From Marsupella aquatica (lineage: Eukaryota; Plantae; Marchantiophyta): a stretch of 64,000 nucleotides of DNA. This document shows, in pieces, positions 1-13,345 of this stretch; positions within the stretch are counted from its first letter, which is position 1, and every line of letters starts with the position of its first letter. The translations under genes and the position numbers were made by a program. The stretch spans positions 11,121,832-11,185,831 of the forward strand of contig OZ316897.1 in the NCBI GenBank assembly GCA_973895155.1, in the 5' to 3' direction. The notes below the pieces were generated by a model that searched no databases, was not told the origin of the DNA, and saw nothing but the letters and a program-made list of their open reading frames with translations.

Positions 1-109
1 GAACTAAAAGAAGTGAGCAAAAGGAAACCCCTAAAAACCAAGAAAGAGTAACTAAAACTATCGCAAATGGACCGAGGTCCTCATCATACCTAGCAAATGT
101 GGCAACAAG

Positions 110-817
110 CTAGTGGTCTACATCAAGTGTCGAAACTAGATCGGCAAGTGGGACAGGAATGTCCTCTAGGGGGGCTAGCCGCTGCGGAGTCACACTAGCA
201 CCCACTGTCAGAGATCGACGATAGACGGCCCGAGCTTGAGCACGCTGTAAGGTGACTGAAATGCGTTGGCGAAAGTGCGTGGTCAAAACAGATAGCGGGG
301 GCCCGGTGGGACCCATCCGGCCGTGAACATCCCGAGCAGCTTGGCGAAGAAGCCCGTCGAACTGATGATGGAGACGCCCAAATATCTCAAGAGCAAGGGG
401 CAGGAAGCTATCAGATGAAGCTTGTGCAGCATATTTGGCCTCCTTCGTTGTTGTTGCTCATGATGCTGCTGCCCCTGCCGTTGTTGCCGCTGTCTCAATG
501 ATGTCTTGGCGCAATGGGTTTGCCACCACTACATCTGCCAAAGTACGGTGACCTTCACGGACCATGGTAAGATCCACCCGTAATCGCTATGATGGAGGAC
601 CAGGTAACTCGAGCACCACCTCCTGCCGCACACAGACCAAAGAGCCAGAGAGAACCTGAGCAGTCACATCTCTCACAGCGTCGTGAACAAAAATGGTTTC
701 GCCGCCCAAACTGCATCGAAGAAGATGGACACCTGTGGCATCACAAGGCTTCCCACAAGTGCAAGTAGGAGGTAAACCAGCAAGAAGTGGGTGGGGCAAG
801 CCCATACGAAGACGCAT
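110..817 (-). mobile_element. 5'-truncated non-LTR retrotransposon fragment with restriction-like endonuclease (RLE) C-terminus, CRE/R2-like, decayed
   Basis: One minus-strand frame runs 817->110 with two premature stops. It encodes a Zn-knuckle-like segment (CTCGKPCDATGVHLLRC...HDAVRD), then RVDL...LADVVVANP...KEAKY...FLPLALEIFG (PD-(D/E)xK RLE signature), then RQRISVTLQRAQA. A T-rich 3' UTR follows at 109->1. Confidence 0.8.
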
Positions 818-819
818 GT

Positions 820-1290
820 TGTGGCATTTAAAAGTAAGATTTCTGGTTGTTTTAAATTAGCACAAAAGATGTTGTTGCATTAAAGATGTCGTTTGCAGTA
901 AAAGTATTTTTGCGCAAAAGATGTCATTGTATAGAAGATGTCATTGCACAAAAGATATTGTTATGTAAAAGAGGCAGTTTCTGCAAAAGGCATCGTTGCA
1001 TCACAAATGTCGTTGCACAAGAGACATAATTTAGAAAATAATCAATTTGTGCAAAAGAGCTTACTAGGTACAAAGTGAAAAGAGAAAATAGTCAACATTG
1101 AAAAGTGAACACAATACACATGACTAGGTCTTTATTTGTTTCAATAGAGAACCTCATATTACAACAATTTTGGTCAACTTTGTCTTCATTATCCAGAAAT
1201 ATACTATTACCTGTGGATGTTACTCTTGAAAAGGTAATGCATAACTGACCATAACTGAAATTTGACCTAGAAAGTTGCAAGCCTACATGT
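820..1290 (-). mobile_element. Helitron remnant: RepHel helicase C-terminal fragment plus subterminal minisatellite
   Basis: 1290->1092 reads GLQLSRSNFSYGQLCITFSRVTS, a decayed version of the Pif1/Helitron helicase motif FSHGQLYVAxSRV. 820-1030 holds aaagatgtcgttgca-type repeats, the reverse complement of the repeats that precede Helitron 3' ends at 32590-33178. Confidence 0.65.
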
Positions 1291-1932
1291 TCTAATTAAT
1301 TAAAGTCTAAAGTCAGCCAACCCTTCAACAAAGCCATTCATTCACCCCATATTCTCAAGACCATATTTTCCACAGGCATCCAACTCATGTGATTAGGATA
1401 CACCCTTTTAAGGTTGCTTGGTTCTTGTTGTGCCAATGCAGAGACCCCAAGGGAGCACGACATAGCTTGACTGACTTTTCAACTGACCATCTTCATTGAC
1501 CCCATTTTCCCAATATTGTCCAGTCCATTTGTAACACACTTTCAAGTTTAGTACTTGGCCACTTCCTCTGCAATACCATGCCGTTAGGAGTTGTGGTTTG
1601 GCTTGTGTCACTTGTTAACTTTGGATTTTGAGACAAGGTGGTCCCCTCATAAATGTTTCTCAAGACCTGCTACCCCTGGCCCAACCTTGGGCCAATAATT
1701 TTGGCCCCCAACCAGTTGGTGTTTCATTTCATTGTAAAACTTTAAGAGATGCTTGTGGGAGAGTCAAGACCCAAGGTTCCAATGTCCAGGGTGCAGGAGG
1801 GAAGGGGGGGGGGGGGGGGGTAGTATTTGACCTCCTCGCAAATCCAACTGGTCTAGGCAGAGGCAGGGACGCATGGTGGATCCAGTCAAGGTGTTGCTCC
1901 TGATCACAAGCCGTGCAGGTCCAGGTGCAACA

Positions 1933-2280
1933 TATTGAAAAAGTCAGCAACGTCCTACACTAGAGACCAGCAAGCACACATTGCATCTATGCCATAAATA
2001 CGTGGTTCACCTTTGACATGTCAAAACTATGCCCATGGGAATAAAAGAGCTTTACTAAGCTTTGGCCACCATAGTCACACCAAGCCTCCAAGTACACTTA
2101 GCTCCAAGATTACTAGCCCAGCACCTAGTTTGCTTTCTTACAAATGAGCACGAGTCTCACCACATGCAGAAATTTCTCTAGCTCCTCTATATGCTAGGCA
2201 AGTCTAACTGTCATTACAGTTCTATCTCTGGTTTGACTTACTGAGGTTAACCTAAGACATACTAAGAGTTAACCCTAACA
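1933..2280 (-). mobile_element. Copia-type solo LTR (degenerate)
   Basis: Minus strand starts TGTTAGGG at 2280 and contains ttcccatgggcatag...ggtgaaccacgta. It is collinear and similar in size (~345 bp) with the LTR at 56853-57197. Left boundary is approximate and no TSD is readable. Confidence 0.55.
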
Positions 2281-3781
2281 GGGTAGAGGCTGTTGAGGTG
2301 AGCCATGGAAGGGGGAGGGGCGAGTTGAGGTGCGAAGGCACAGCTGCAGCAAAGGAAGAGAGCCACCCAAAGTTGAGGGTTGGAAAGGATGTTGCTGTTT
2401 AGGGTAGAAGACATGGATGACCATCTAATGGTGAAACCTAGGCATATACTGAGTGACTGATTGGTTCAAGTTACTTGTTTCCAACCAGCTCCATAGAAAC
2501 ATAACAAAGTACTAATAATAAACAAAAAGAGTGACTAAATATGTATTTATACAAAGAAGAGTGACAATCTTCTATATCTATAATTTGTGACCAAAATCTA
2601 CCATTTATGATGGACTCTGTAGACTTAAGACATTGGCCGTATTTTCTTTGGCAACAGCAAATTTTGATATCTTCTACTGTGTATACTATATGAATTTGCA
2701 AATCAAAGTCTACCGTTCCTCACTCCCCCTCTCCCCATGAGAGGTATTTGGGCTAATCTCATAAGAATCTACCTAAATCAAAAGGCGGCATGATGTGCCC
2801 CGAGTGTTGGCCTTACTCCTAAAGTCACCATCTAGAATTTCACTCTAGACATAGTCTGGAGTCATAGGGTTCATCACTAGATATAAGCCCTGCAGGTAAT
2901 CCCAATCAAAATGTGGTAATATACTCTGTGCACTTACTGATTCAAAGAAAATAATGAAATTTATCATGGTATGGGGTGATGTTGTAAGCTGAATATGTCA
3001 TATTTTGATGTATTTTGATGTGCAGTTTCCAGGATCCTAGTCCTAGATATAAGTATGGAGTCTAGAGGTTTATGACACCAGAGCATAGATTTTTTGAATC
3101 TTGGTTAGTGAATGCAAGACAGTGTCACTCCCTGACCCCACTGCTGGGCGGACTGGTACCGATTACCCTCTCCCAGCACCACCATGAAATCGTGCTGTAA
3201 CCTACCGCAGTACAGTCCCAACGACGGTGTAGGAACGACGGTAGTAGGAGCGCCGAGACGAAGTTTGAAATTGTGATTATGGCGCGGTGAACGAAGGCTC
3301 GTGTTGTGATCGCGCATAATTCTTCAGAGCAAACAAAGCCTTCGAGAGGCAGACAGCGCGCTAAAGAAGTGGGAACAAGAGGTCGATCCCGACCGAAAAC
3401 CATGTGAAAGCTCACATTCCAGCAACCGGATTCCGTCGAAGTTCTGGACACGGTCTCTTGGCACGAGATGCCCGATTTGTTTTTGCCTCGAAAAACATAC
3501 GTGGATCAGCAGCACTAGGCGATGAACAGGAATGTTCGATTACTTCTCCGGAAGCAGTGCGCACGCTTGTGACCCGTCACGAGGTCATCTGGTTCTCGCG
3601 GATGTTTTGATGGCCCTTTGTCTGCACGAGGTGTTCAATTTATTCTCCGGAAGGTTTGCGCACGGTTAGTCACAAAATCGTTTGCTCTCTACGCCGATGG
3701 TTTGAAGGCGCTCTCTCGGAAGAGGATCTCGCTGCTGCTTCCTGTGCCTTGTTCAAATCCACGTCGCTCCCGTTCGAAACC

Positions 3782-6366
3782 ATGCCTCCAAAGCCAGGCA
3801 GTCCGGAGGGTACGTATCTGACGACCAGACAGTTTCAGTCCCATTCTTGTGGTAATTGGTTGGATGATGGCCGAGATCCGTGATTTGAAAATGGAGCTTG
3901 TAGTGCCATATCGAAGAACTAAATGATGATAGATCATGCAATTGGAGTGACGTTGTCAGTGTTCTACTGTGCCGCAAAGAATATGAACGGTGGTTAATTG
4001 TATACTGATCCACCTCGGGCTCAACTTCGAAGGATGCGGATAGCACTGAGGCTACACTAGAAACCTTCCGATATTTCGCTAAGCAAGCGGAAAGCGGAGG
4101 GAAATCCTCATAAAGATAAATTGCGTCTTGTTCACCATGGCTAAGTTATATTATCTTATGCTCCGTAAGATTGTGACTCAAGATCTGTGGATCCTAGCAG
4201 CCGGATCTGTAATAGTCAATTTACTCCAGTGCGATACTTTAGGTGTCGCTGATGCCATGGAAATCGTAGCCTCGTTCGTGAAACGAAAATACTGTGAGTC
4301 AGCTTTAGAATTCTCTTCTTCTATCAGATTTCGGTGAACAAAGACGAGCCACGATATGTGTGCACAATGCAGATGACAAAGCTCGTTTCTCGCTATTCGC
4401 ACGCATTTTGGTCAGACCCTACGATTTGACCACTGTCTTCTTCTCAATCTTTAAGTTAATTTACTGACTCGAAAAAATTGCTTAACGTGAAAGTGTACCA
4501 GATTATATTTCGTTGGACAGTAGTCTTGTCTAGATTGACCTTCGTACCTGCACTAATTCAAATCTTTCGCTCCGTTCCCATGCGATTTTTTTTCCTGCAC
4601 AAGAGGAAATCGCGGAAGAAGAGAAGTCCCAGCATCATTTAATTTCCTACTAATCCTCTTGGTTGTATTCTTTTGACAGGAATCATACTCAACTATATCA
4701 ATGAGGTGAGTGGTAAGATGTACTCTCCTTTGGAGATATTTGTGACAAATTGAGATCATCTCTGTTTTGTGAGGACAATACTTCACTGCGAACTAACTTG
4801 AAGCTACGGAAGGAATCTATCCCCCATGTTGGACAACAGATTGACATGAAAGGACAGGATCCAGGAATAGCTAGCCAATCAAAGGATGTAGCGAAACAGT
4901 GACGAAAGACAGGGAACCTTTCCAGAAGTAATACTTACATTTGGAACTAGGGTTTTGATATTTGAATTGATGTTAGTAAGGGATGTAATTTCTTAGGTTC
5001 CATTCAATCAAACTCAATTCGATTTGATCCAGAATGAAGATGAGCTGTCTTACAGTGATGCTTGTATCTGAACAGCAAAATCGGCCTCTGAACGCACAAG
5101 TTATTGCGGACTGTCTCCAAAGTCATGGCATCAAGAAAACTACAGTTCAGAAGGCATTGGATACATTTTCTGACGCTGGAACAATATCCTTCAAGGATTT
5201 CGGCAAGCAAAAGATTTATCTCGCCAAACAGGATCAGTTTGAAGTTCCAAGCACCGAGGAGCTGGAGGAGATGACAAAAGAAAATGCTAGGGTGCACAAT
5301 GAACTTGCAGCCAAGAAAGCACGTGTTAATGAACTTGAAACAGGTAAGTCTTTACCTTAAATTGGACTTGATCCTAGCGGTTTCAATTCGACCAGCGTGT
5401 TATCTAGAACTCTACTGTAGCCTGCTCTTACAATCTTGGACCCTTAAATTTGCTGCATTTGTGGATCTGAAATACATCGTTAATTTTGAGAAAGAGACTC
5501 TTGCTTAAGTGATTTGCAGAACTTCGTTCTACGGCCACGCATCTCACAGATGCTCAAATCGGGGAGAGAACGGAGAAGCTGACAGATGAGGTACATCTGA
5601 ACTTGGATGCCTGATATCAATGATTTGATGTGTCTATCGATGAGGTCCTGTCTTCGGGGGCGCTCTCCTTGGGAAAGGTTGTCCATGTTCATATCTTTAC
5701 TGTCCTCTTTATGACCGAGAGGAGAATGTTTAGTACTTTCAGACAGTAAATCGTATGCTTCAAATAGTAGACTAAATATACCTTCTCCGATGTTAAACAT
5801 ACGGGTGCACTGATAGTATTCCTTCATGATTTCTTAATGATGCCACTGAATTCAGTTCTTCAATGTGTCTCGTGAGCCCTAAAGTTTTGCCCGTCCATGG
5901 AACTGCCTAGCTTGTCCTCTATCCTTATTTGTAATATAAGGATTCCTCTACAGATTGCGGCTATGGAAACGAAACTGAGCAAACTGAGAGAAGGAACTGT
6001 ACTCGTCACAGCTGAAGAGAAGAAAGCAGTGGAAGAGGCTTATAATTTGAAGGTTGCTTTATGGAGGAAGCGAAGGCGGATGTTCAAAGAGTTGTGGGAT
6101 ATGATGATTGAGGCCATACCTGCGAATTTCAAGCAATTCAGAGTATCTACTGCACTTACACTCATCACAATTTTGTCACTTGGTTTCTCTCATTTCAAGT
6201 CTTTCCTTTAGACGTATTCTAATGAGTACATAGCGACTTGAAAGGTTTACTCCTAATATCAATTGTATTTTGGCAGGAGGACCTAGGCATTGAGACTGAT
6301 GAAGACGTGGGAATTAAGCTCGAAGATTATTGCAACTTGGCTGCAAAGAAACAAAGGTGTGCATAG
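3782..6366 (+). CDS. HOP2: Homologous-pairing protein 2 (HOP2/TBPIP family, meiotic recombination partner of MND1)
   Basis: Exons 3782-3809, 4680-4705, 5076-5343, 5520-5590, 5954-6142, 6277-6366; all GT-AG with consistent phase. Protein MPPKPGSPEGIILNYINEQNRPLNAQ...KKTTVQKALD...KDFGKQKIYLAKQDQF...WRKRRRMFKELWD...EDLGIETDEDVG matches the plant HOP2 pattern. Confidence 0.95.
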
Positions 6367-7475
6367 CATTTTGAGAATCCTAGTCTTCAAAAGATAGAAA
6401 TTAGGCTAGTAGAGGTTTCAGTCGTTGACAACGATTCTGGTAAAGAGGAAATGGACCCCTGCCATAGACACTCCTAAAGGCAGGCAATAACCCTTCTGGA
6501 CGAGAGCGATTGTCCCCAGGGTCCGGCGAGGTCAGCCTCCCCACAGCTTACGAAAAGGAAATGTACATATTGGTTCTGTCTAAGGACTGTCTTGCTGGCT
6601 AATCTCAGCAATCATGTTTACAATACTCCTTACAATTTTTGTTGACATTCGCCCTGTCAATATGGAAAGAAAGGCTCATGTAGCGAATCAGCCCAATTAG
6701 TCATTTACACGGTCTAAGGAAGATATTCTAGATGACGGGAACATGTGAAGAAATCAAATCTGACAGTTTCCAATATCGTACTGCATACAGTTTGCTCAAC
6801 TTCCTTACTGAGATCAATGCTGATCTGCCTTGGATACAACCTTTAAAGGTTTGCAGCAATACTCGAATATGTCTGAACCTTGAGTAAAAATGCCTCCTAG
6901 TCGTCGAGGGAACGTTGTACACAGGTGTTGATCCAATCCGGATGTCAGCTAAGGCATCAACAACTATGTTCAAATTGAACCAGCAATCTGATTTAATTTT
7001 CATGGGTTGGTTTATGGTTATCAGAAAAATGTACTCTGATGGGCACCATCCTTGCCCAGTTTCGTTAAGGGGATAAAGTCAACTTGAGGCACAGCCGAAC
7101 AAAGCCGGTAACAGCTCTGTTGGGAATACCTATTGCCACTTGCGACTTGTGGTCTCCTTATAATTGGATTGAGCCACAAGGTCCGTGACTTGAACTGCAG
7201 GCCATAGAAGCCAAGTATAACTCATGGCTGGCCTTGGGAGGAATATTTAGAGACGAAGTATCCTATACACCTGCTTTGGGTATGCCCTTCAATCCAAGAA
7301 CACTTTGGGAAAATTAAAGCAAGAATGATGGAGCATGGATCTCATATGATTGTTTATATTTGATTCTTCTTATTTACAATCAAAGTTGTTTACCGTGCTT
7401 TTGGCAGCCACTCGTCCAGTCAAACAACTGTAACGCTATATCAATCTGGTGTAGGACGCTCCATCTACACCAATC

Positions 7476-10472
7476 TTAAGCACCAGCTTTGGCCATCACC
7501 TCTGTTACTGAAGCAGCCATTTGCAGGACATATACCTCATCTCCCACAGCAACGATTGACTCAGGTCCATCTTTGTTGTCGAATACAACATTTTGGCCAA
7601 AATATACCTGTACCACCGCGCAAGCTGGAGCAGTTATTGACAAAACGTCACGATTCAACCTCAATAATCGAAGTGGGTCCAGCTGTGATCACAGCATAAT
7701 CTATGATTGGAAGCAGAAACTACAATCACAGAAAACTGAAAGATGGGTTGTCTCAGTTGATGTTCCACTACCATTTGGTCAGTCCATGTGCTGAGACAAT
7801 ATGTATTCAAAATCATTAGAGTTTATTCAATGAAGGCATGTTTACCTGACCCTTCATTTGTGGAGCAGGGGAGAGCAACTGGCCCAGTCGAAAGCTTCTC
7901 ATGATACTCAGTGGTTCTTTCCCCACTTCTGCAGTCGTCTGATTAGTTGTGGTCACCTGCTCTTGACAGAAAACCATCTCGATCTTAATATAGCTCTGGC
8001 TTTTGATCAACGTGGATTCAAACACATTGCTCATGTAAGATGCGGTTCTGCTGAAAGCGGTCTGTCTTTCTATTCACAGGACCAAGTGCGCACCTTACAC
8101 CTTGAACATAACTTGACCCCACGAAAGTTTGCTCCACTATCACCAATCTTGAACGTAATCCATAAATCTTCCGCAAATGCATCACACCCTTTCACAACTA
8201 CACTGCAAATCACGTGACGGATGCATCAAGGAGCCAATTCCCATCCACTTCTGGTATTTGGCAGTGCAAACGGTCGACTGTGCCATATTCATACATTGCA
8301 GAGAAATCCCATTGATTCAAGCCAGGCAGAAATATCCATCGGCAAAAGAAAATGACTTTATCAAGCTACTCTCGAACTCACAAGTTTGTAGGTCTTTCAA
8401 AATGAGACACACGTTCAAACAGTGGGAAAATAAAATCGTAACAGCTTTGAGGATCCAAAAACAGGGAGGGACACATTTAACTAATCTGGAGACGTATTAT
8501 GACATACTTGGGCCGAAATCTGTTTATGGGCAGAGGTTCCGGGAGCCGTTCATTGAGTGCATCCAAAGAGGCCTGGAGTTCATGCCATCACGACGACCTC
8601 AACGTTAGTGTTATGCCTTTTAGCGCACTGAAAAGTCTCCCATAATACGGATCGCTTAACATGGAAACATCTGACAGTAAAAGGAATATCTACTTGAAAC
8701 ATATCAGGAACAAAATATTTTCATAGAGTAACAGAGCAATTTTAAATTTTTCTCTGCACATTATCCAGCTTCACTTCTGCACTAGCGAGTTCCTAGCTAT
8801 CAGTCCTTTATGCTCAAAGATAAGTGACTCATGGCTGTTACTGCTGAATTGTTTTATGCAACAGATTTAGGAAACGATGACCCAAAACTAAGTGCATCCA
8901 CACGTATTCCGTCCTGTGCTGTAGAAAAGACATAGGCACTGCACTATTTTACCTCAGAGGTTAGGAGGATTGGAAACCCATCACTGAAGGCGGTCTTATA
9001 ACCAACTGCGTAGTTCGGGTCTGTAGGTCTTGTCGCACCAACTTTACAGGAAACAAACCAGATTCAAGAAATGACTAGTCTGATCTAGGGTGCCAATCAT
9101 TCAAAAGCGAAGATTTCTCTTCATCAAAGCCCCTAATGTCCCTATCTGCCATCAAATCGTCTTCCAAAGGTATATATCCATTACGCAGATGCAACTTAGA
9201 AAGCAAGAGAAACGCCTTTTCCTTTTCAAATGTTCAGAATGGGGATGCTTGAAAAGATACTTTGACGTGAAAATATATTGTTTGAAGGACCGGACGACAA
9301 AAGATGGCACATAAGGCAAAAGATGGGGTCGGATAGTTGAGAGTTAATACCAGCATCAAAGCGGACAAGCCGTGTACCTGGCTTTCCAAAGTACCTGGAA
9401 AACCATTCGGCTGCAGTAGGGCCTTCATCGAAAGCAAGTCCGGACCATTCCCACACAGCAGCAGGGACTTTCTGTCTAGGACCAGTATGGTTCAGAAGAA
9501 CTTGAAGAGGCTCCATTCCTGGTGCTTTCAGACCTAGCAACAACAGCAAGTTGGAAACCAATATTTGACAACACTGTCTTTAGTCTGTTCTTTGTAAAAG
9601 AAAATCGAAGAATTCGTTGGGCTATTTACTTATGTTCACGACATGCTTTACAGAGGGCAGAACGATATGCTTTACACCATCTAGTTTTAAATCTTGAATG
9701 TAAAATAAATAATAACATGAGCCTCAGAGAAAGCATAGAAACAAACAGAGGGCAGAATCAAGTCGAAGGGGGCCCCAGCTGTGATCCAAAGCTTCAATCG
9801 GCAAAGCGACCTCAATGAGCGCCATCATGGGCACCTGTCTCTGAGTTATAAACCTCCCCTTTGCATTCACCACCATCCACTGGCGATCCCAATCAAATCC
9901 TGCAACCGTATGCCATGGTCAGTTGTGAGGAGAGATGACCTGCACAGACACGTGGTTTCCTTGCCCAACGAAGCACATATTTGTTTCTAGCCTCTGAGAT
10001 TCATTTAAATAAACTCTATATACATCTCACATATCGATCAATTTGAGGAAATTTCCAGCTACGTTGTAGCTTCATTAGTTTTGAGCTCTTGGTACCAACA
10101 CACTGCTTGGTAATTGGTAACAGTCCGCCGCCCTCTTCCAAAAGTCCATCCCACAAAATCCACACATGGTCTCTGCCAATCCCACAAAATCCTATCACCC
10201 TCTCAAATTTTCTTCTCTTCTCTCCCATAATCTTGCGACAGCCCTCAGACTTTGTCTTCTTATGAGGTCTTTCCCTATCACAAAGGTCTTTTGATATGCT
10301 GAATTACTTTCCTCCTCACCTGATTGAGCGACATGCGTGAGGAAGGACAGAATGGGTACTAATACTCACCAGTGGTTGACAATTTCGCAGATGGGAGTGA
10401 AATCCCCCCACAGGATTTCACTGGGTAGATGTTCAACTCACTCACAACTACATTTATTGCAGCTCCGTCCAT
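7476..10472 (-). CDS. MOSC-domain molybdenum-cofactor protein (mARC/amidoxime-reducing-component-like; MOSC_N + MOSC)
   Basis: Exons 10472-10370, 9899-9747, 9533-9351, 9041-8953, 8572-8508, 8202-8094, 7956-7846, 7607-7476. Motifs IYPVKSC, FDWDRQWMVV, FSDGFPILL, RFRPNVVV, FAEDLW, KLCSRCKVTT and VYFGQN. Confidence 0.93.
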
Positions 10473-12261
10473 AGTTCCTGCTCTTCCCAGCTAGAGCACC
10501 AAATCAAGCTGTACTGTAACCCAAATTTTGTCACACTTTGTCACACTTTGTCGAGCTCGGTTAGCCAATTGATTGGAAAAAGCAATCTAGTGGAGATCGG
10601 AATCTAGACTTGCTGCTATTCTCTGTACTACACTAGTCAGTGTCCGCTGCCCACTTTGTCTAACTCTTGTCTATTGAGTCTTGGATGACTTTGTCGAATT
10701 GGGTGTTGGTCTCATGGCGCAGACTAAGTTTGAGCAGAGACTTAATTCTGCACTCGCCTCGCCCTGCATTAAGTTGATAATTCTACGTCAAATGCACTTC
10801 CTGCCAATGCCTTCTGAGCTTCGTCTCGACAGTCATCTCACGAGCGGCGTGGATCTTCATCACCTTAGCGGCACTTCGAGTGCCAAACAGAACACCTGAG
10901 GAACCAATATGGAGGATTAGGATTTACAAGAGCCGTCGGGTATCTCAGGCTGTTTTGAGAAAATGGTATTCACTACTGTTTGGCAAATCAAACATATAAT
11001 ATCTAATCCGGCCCATTGTGGGCAGTGTCTGTTTATAATATCTCATCTGAGCGAGAAGAAATCATGACAGTTTGCTTGCTGAACAAATGGTTTTCCAACA
11101 CCGTTTGAATTGCCAAAATTACCTCTCCACCCACCGTCCCTGCATGCCATCTGTGCCCCACCGTCGGTTCCCCGACCCTCGGTTCACTCACCCTTGCTAA
11201 TCTGGAATACATGGCATAGGGTTGTATCACTACTTTAGATCCGCCAAGGAGGACCCTTGTCTATTAATTTTGATATTTTATGTTTGCCAAATACAATATG
11301 GAGTAACTCGTCCAAACCTTATGCCTTATCACATAGGCTGCGTAGTTAGACCTTAGCTTGTAGTTGCTTGTGAAGCTCACATCCAAGCAGCATGTCTCAT
11401 CTCAGATGCTGTACACCATAACAATGAAGGTGGCACCCTCTGTTTCGTAAAGTGCTATCCTGACAGCTGGAAGGAAGAAACTAACATAATGACTATCAGT
11501 TTGTGCAATAAATAAATAATTATTGGAAATTTGAGTCACCAAGTCAATCTTTTTAAGTAGTGTTTGTGGAACTCGGGAAAAAAATAGTGCACATGTTAGG
11601 CATCTAGAGAAACTACCAGTGTTTAAATAGTTTTCAACATAAAAACTGAAATCCAGAGAAATTATTAAGGCCATTTCATTTTCCTTTGAAGGTTAAAATA
11701 TCAAGGTTTCATGCAGGGCATGCATGAACCTGGTTGCCTCTACGGTATTGTTCCTCTCGAGCAATGACTAATTCAAGAATATGTACCAAGCCTTGCACCA
11801 CATCGTGACATGGGAGTGCTTGATCCCACATGACAAGATTGTAAGCCTAAACAATGTTGAGGGGAATAAGCATTTTGAACAGCCTTTTGTTTCCTAGGCA
11901 AAAATAGGTGTACAGGAGCTTAACAGGAGAAATACCGTTGCAAGGGTTGTCAAGAAGAAGCATAAACATGCAATGAGACTTGCACAGCAATACAGTGGTA
12001 ATTTTGAAACAAGAAAGTACAATGCAGGGGCTATTAGATTGGCAATTGAATGGGTAGACATGAGTTTCCAAGATTCTCTTGTCTGAATAAGACAAAACAT
12101 GACACATGGATTCACCACCATATAGCAGCTTCAAAAGCCAGATGAGATTCTTTACTTCTACCATAAGCACTTGCCACAATGGCCAGGTGCAAGCTTGTAT
12201 ATGGTTAAACTCTTTTCACATCATTTCAGAACAATGAAAGGATAGGTTACCCTAATGAAGA

Positions 12262-12611
12262 GATTACATAAGTTGGGACTTCTGGTACATCCAAACCCCC
12301 CACCCCCCCTCGTTTTTGGGTATGTACCTTTGTTGACTAAGTGAAGTGAGATCAAGTAGTGGATCTCACAATGTACTATTGGTACCTTAGGATAGGGTCT
12401 TGTGGTAGAGTATTTTGGGTGTTGCAAAACATAGAAACAAATGAAAAGTACATAGGTTGGGAGTATTGGTAAATCCCCTCCTTTTTGGTATGTACCTTTG
12501 TTTGACTAGGCAAAGTGAGGTCAAGTAGTGGGATCTCACAATTTACTATTGGTATCAAAGGCTAGGATGCTGTGGTAAAGTATCTTGGGTGGTAGAAAAC
12601 ACAGAAACAAA
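12262..12611. repeat. Two diverged tandem copies of a ~170-bp unit
   Basis: ggtatgtacctttgtt..gact...tcaagtagtgg..atctcacaat.tactattggta...aaaaca.agaaacaaa occurs twice, starting near 12318 and 12487. Confidence 0.8.
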
Positions 12612-13345
12612 GACTAGTCCTGCAACTAGTCACTCAACTTTCATGTGATCAAAGAGCGTTGGTCACCGACCTGGTACAGTAGTTGCTTGGCCCATTGTAT
12701 GGTCCCACAATCCCAGGACTGTGCTGTATTACACCTATTTTCATATGACAAGGATCCAAATACATTTTGTTGTGTTACTATGAACGTGGGACACATTGTT
12801 TGGCAGAGAAACATGTACAGAAGATTTGGGTACACCCATGTTGACCACGTCACTTACTTTAGGAAGCAATTAAAACACCAAATGTTGCTTTGGTATTACG
12901 ACAGGGGATTAGAGTGCAAGAAGGGAATGGAAAGGCTCGTCGTCACTACTACGCTTCCCAAACACTATAGGAGTGAGCCTGGTGACACTGAATGCGACGA
13001 TTAATTTCATCCCAAGAATCGGACAATCATTACTGATCAGAATTTATTGACATGCGAGGAAACAAGCCCCGTTTAGACTAGAGGCCCCTAAAACATGATA
13101 AACTTGGTAAGAGTGATCCTTCGGTAATGTTGACGTTCTCAACATTTGAGAAGGTACACATCGAAAGTTTGATGGCAATGTTGCTATTCATCAGGACCTG
13201 ACTAAGACTAAAAGACATTTCATGACTAAGGAATTTAAAATGAAACTCGGAAACTGATATTCAGCTTGAGATTTTTTGAGGTAAGCTTTTAGTTCAGCCA
13301 CGTTACAGATAAATTTCGCTCCGAAGGCCGTGGTGCTAAAATGTA

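Noticed and set aside
1408-1930. Possible gag zinc-knuckle remnant (WYCRGSGQ...C..W) next to the solo LTR
   Set aside because: The CCHC motif is incomplete and no other retroelement motif is readable.
6143-6276. HOP2 intron 5 (gtatct...) as a U12-type intron
   Set aside because: Lacks the GTATCCTT donor consensus; treated as an ordinary GT-AG intron.
7144-7185. Hairpin cttgtgg...ccacaag in the HOP2-MOSC intergenic/3' UTR region
   Set aside because: Short imperfect stem with no miRNA-length duplex or H/ACA boxes; expected by chance.
11400-13004. ORFs such as 12645-13004 as a small gene or transposase
   Set aside because: No recognisable domain. The region is repeat-like, with tgtgacc/ggtcac motifs also seen near 33940 and 52200, but I cannot assign termini.
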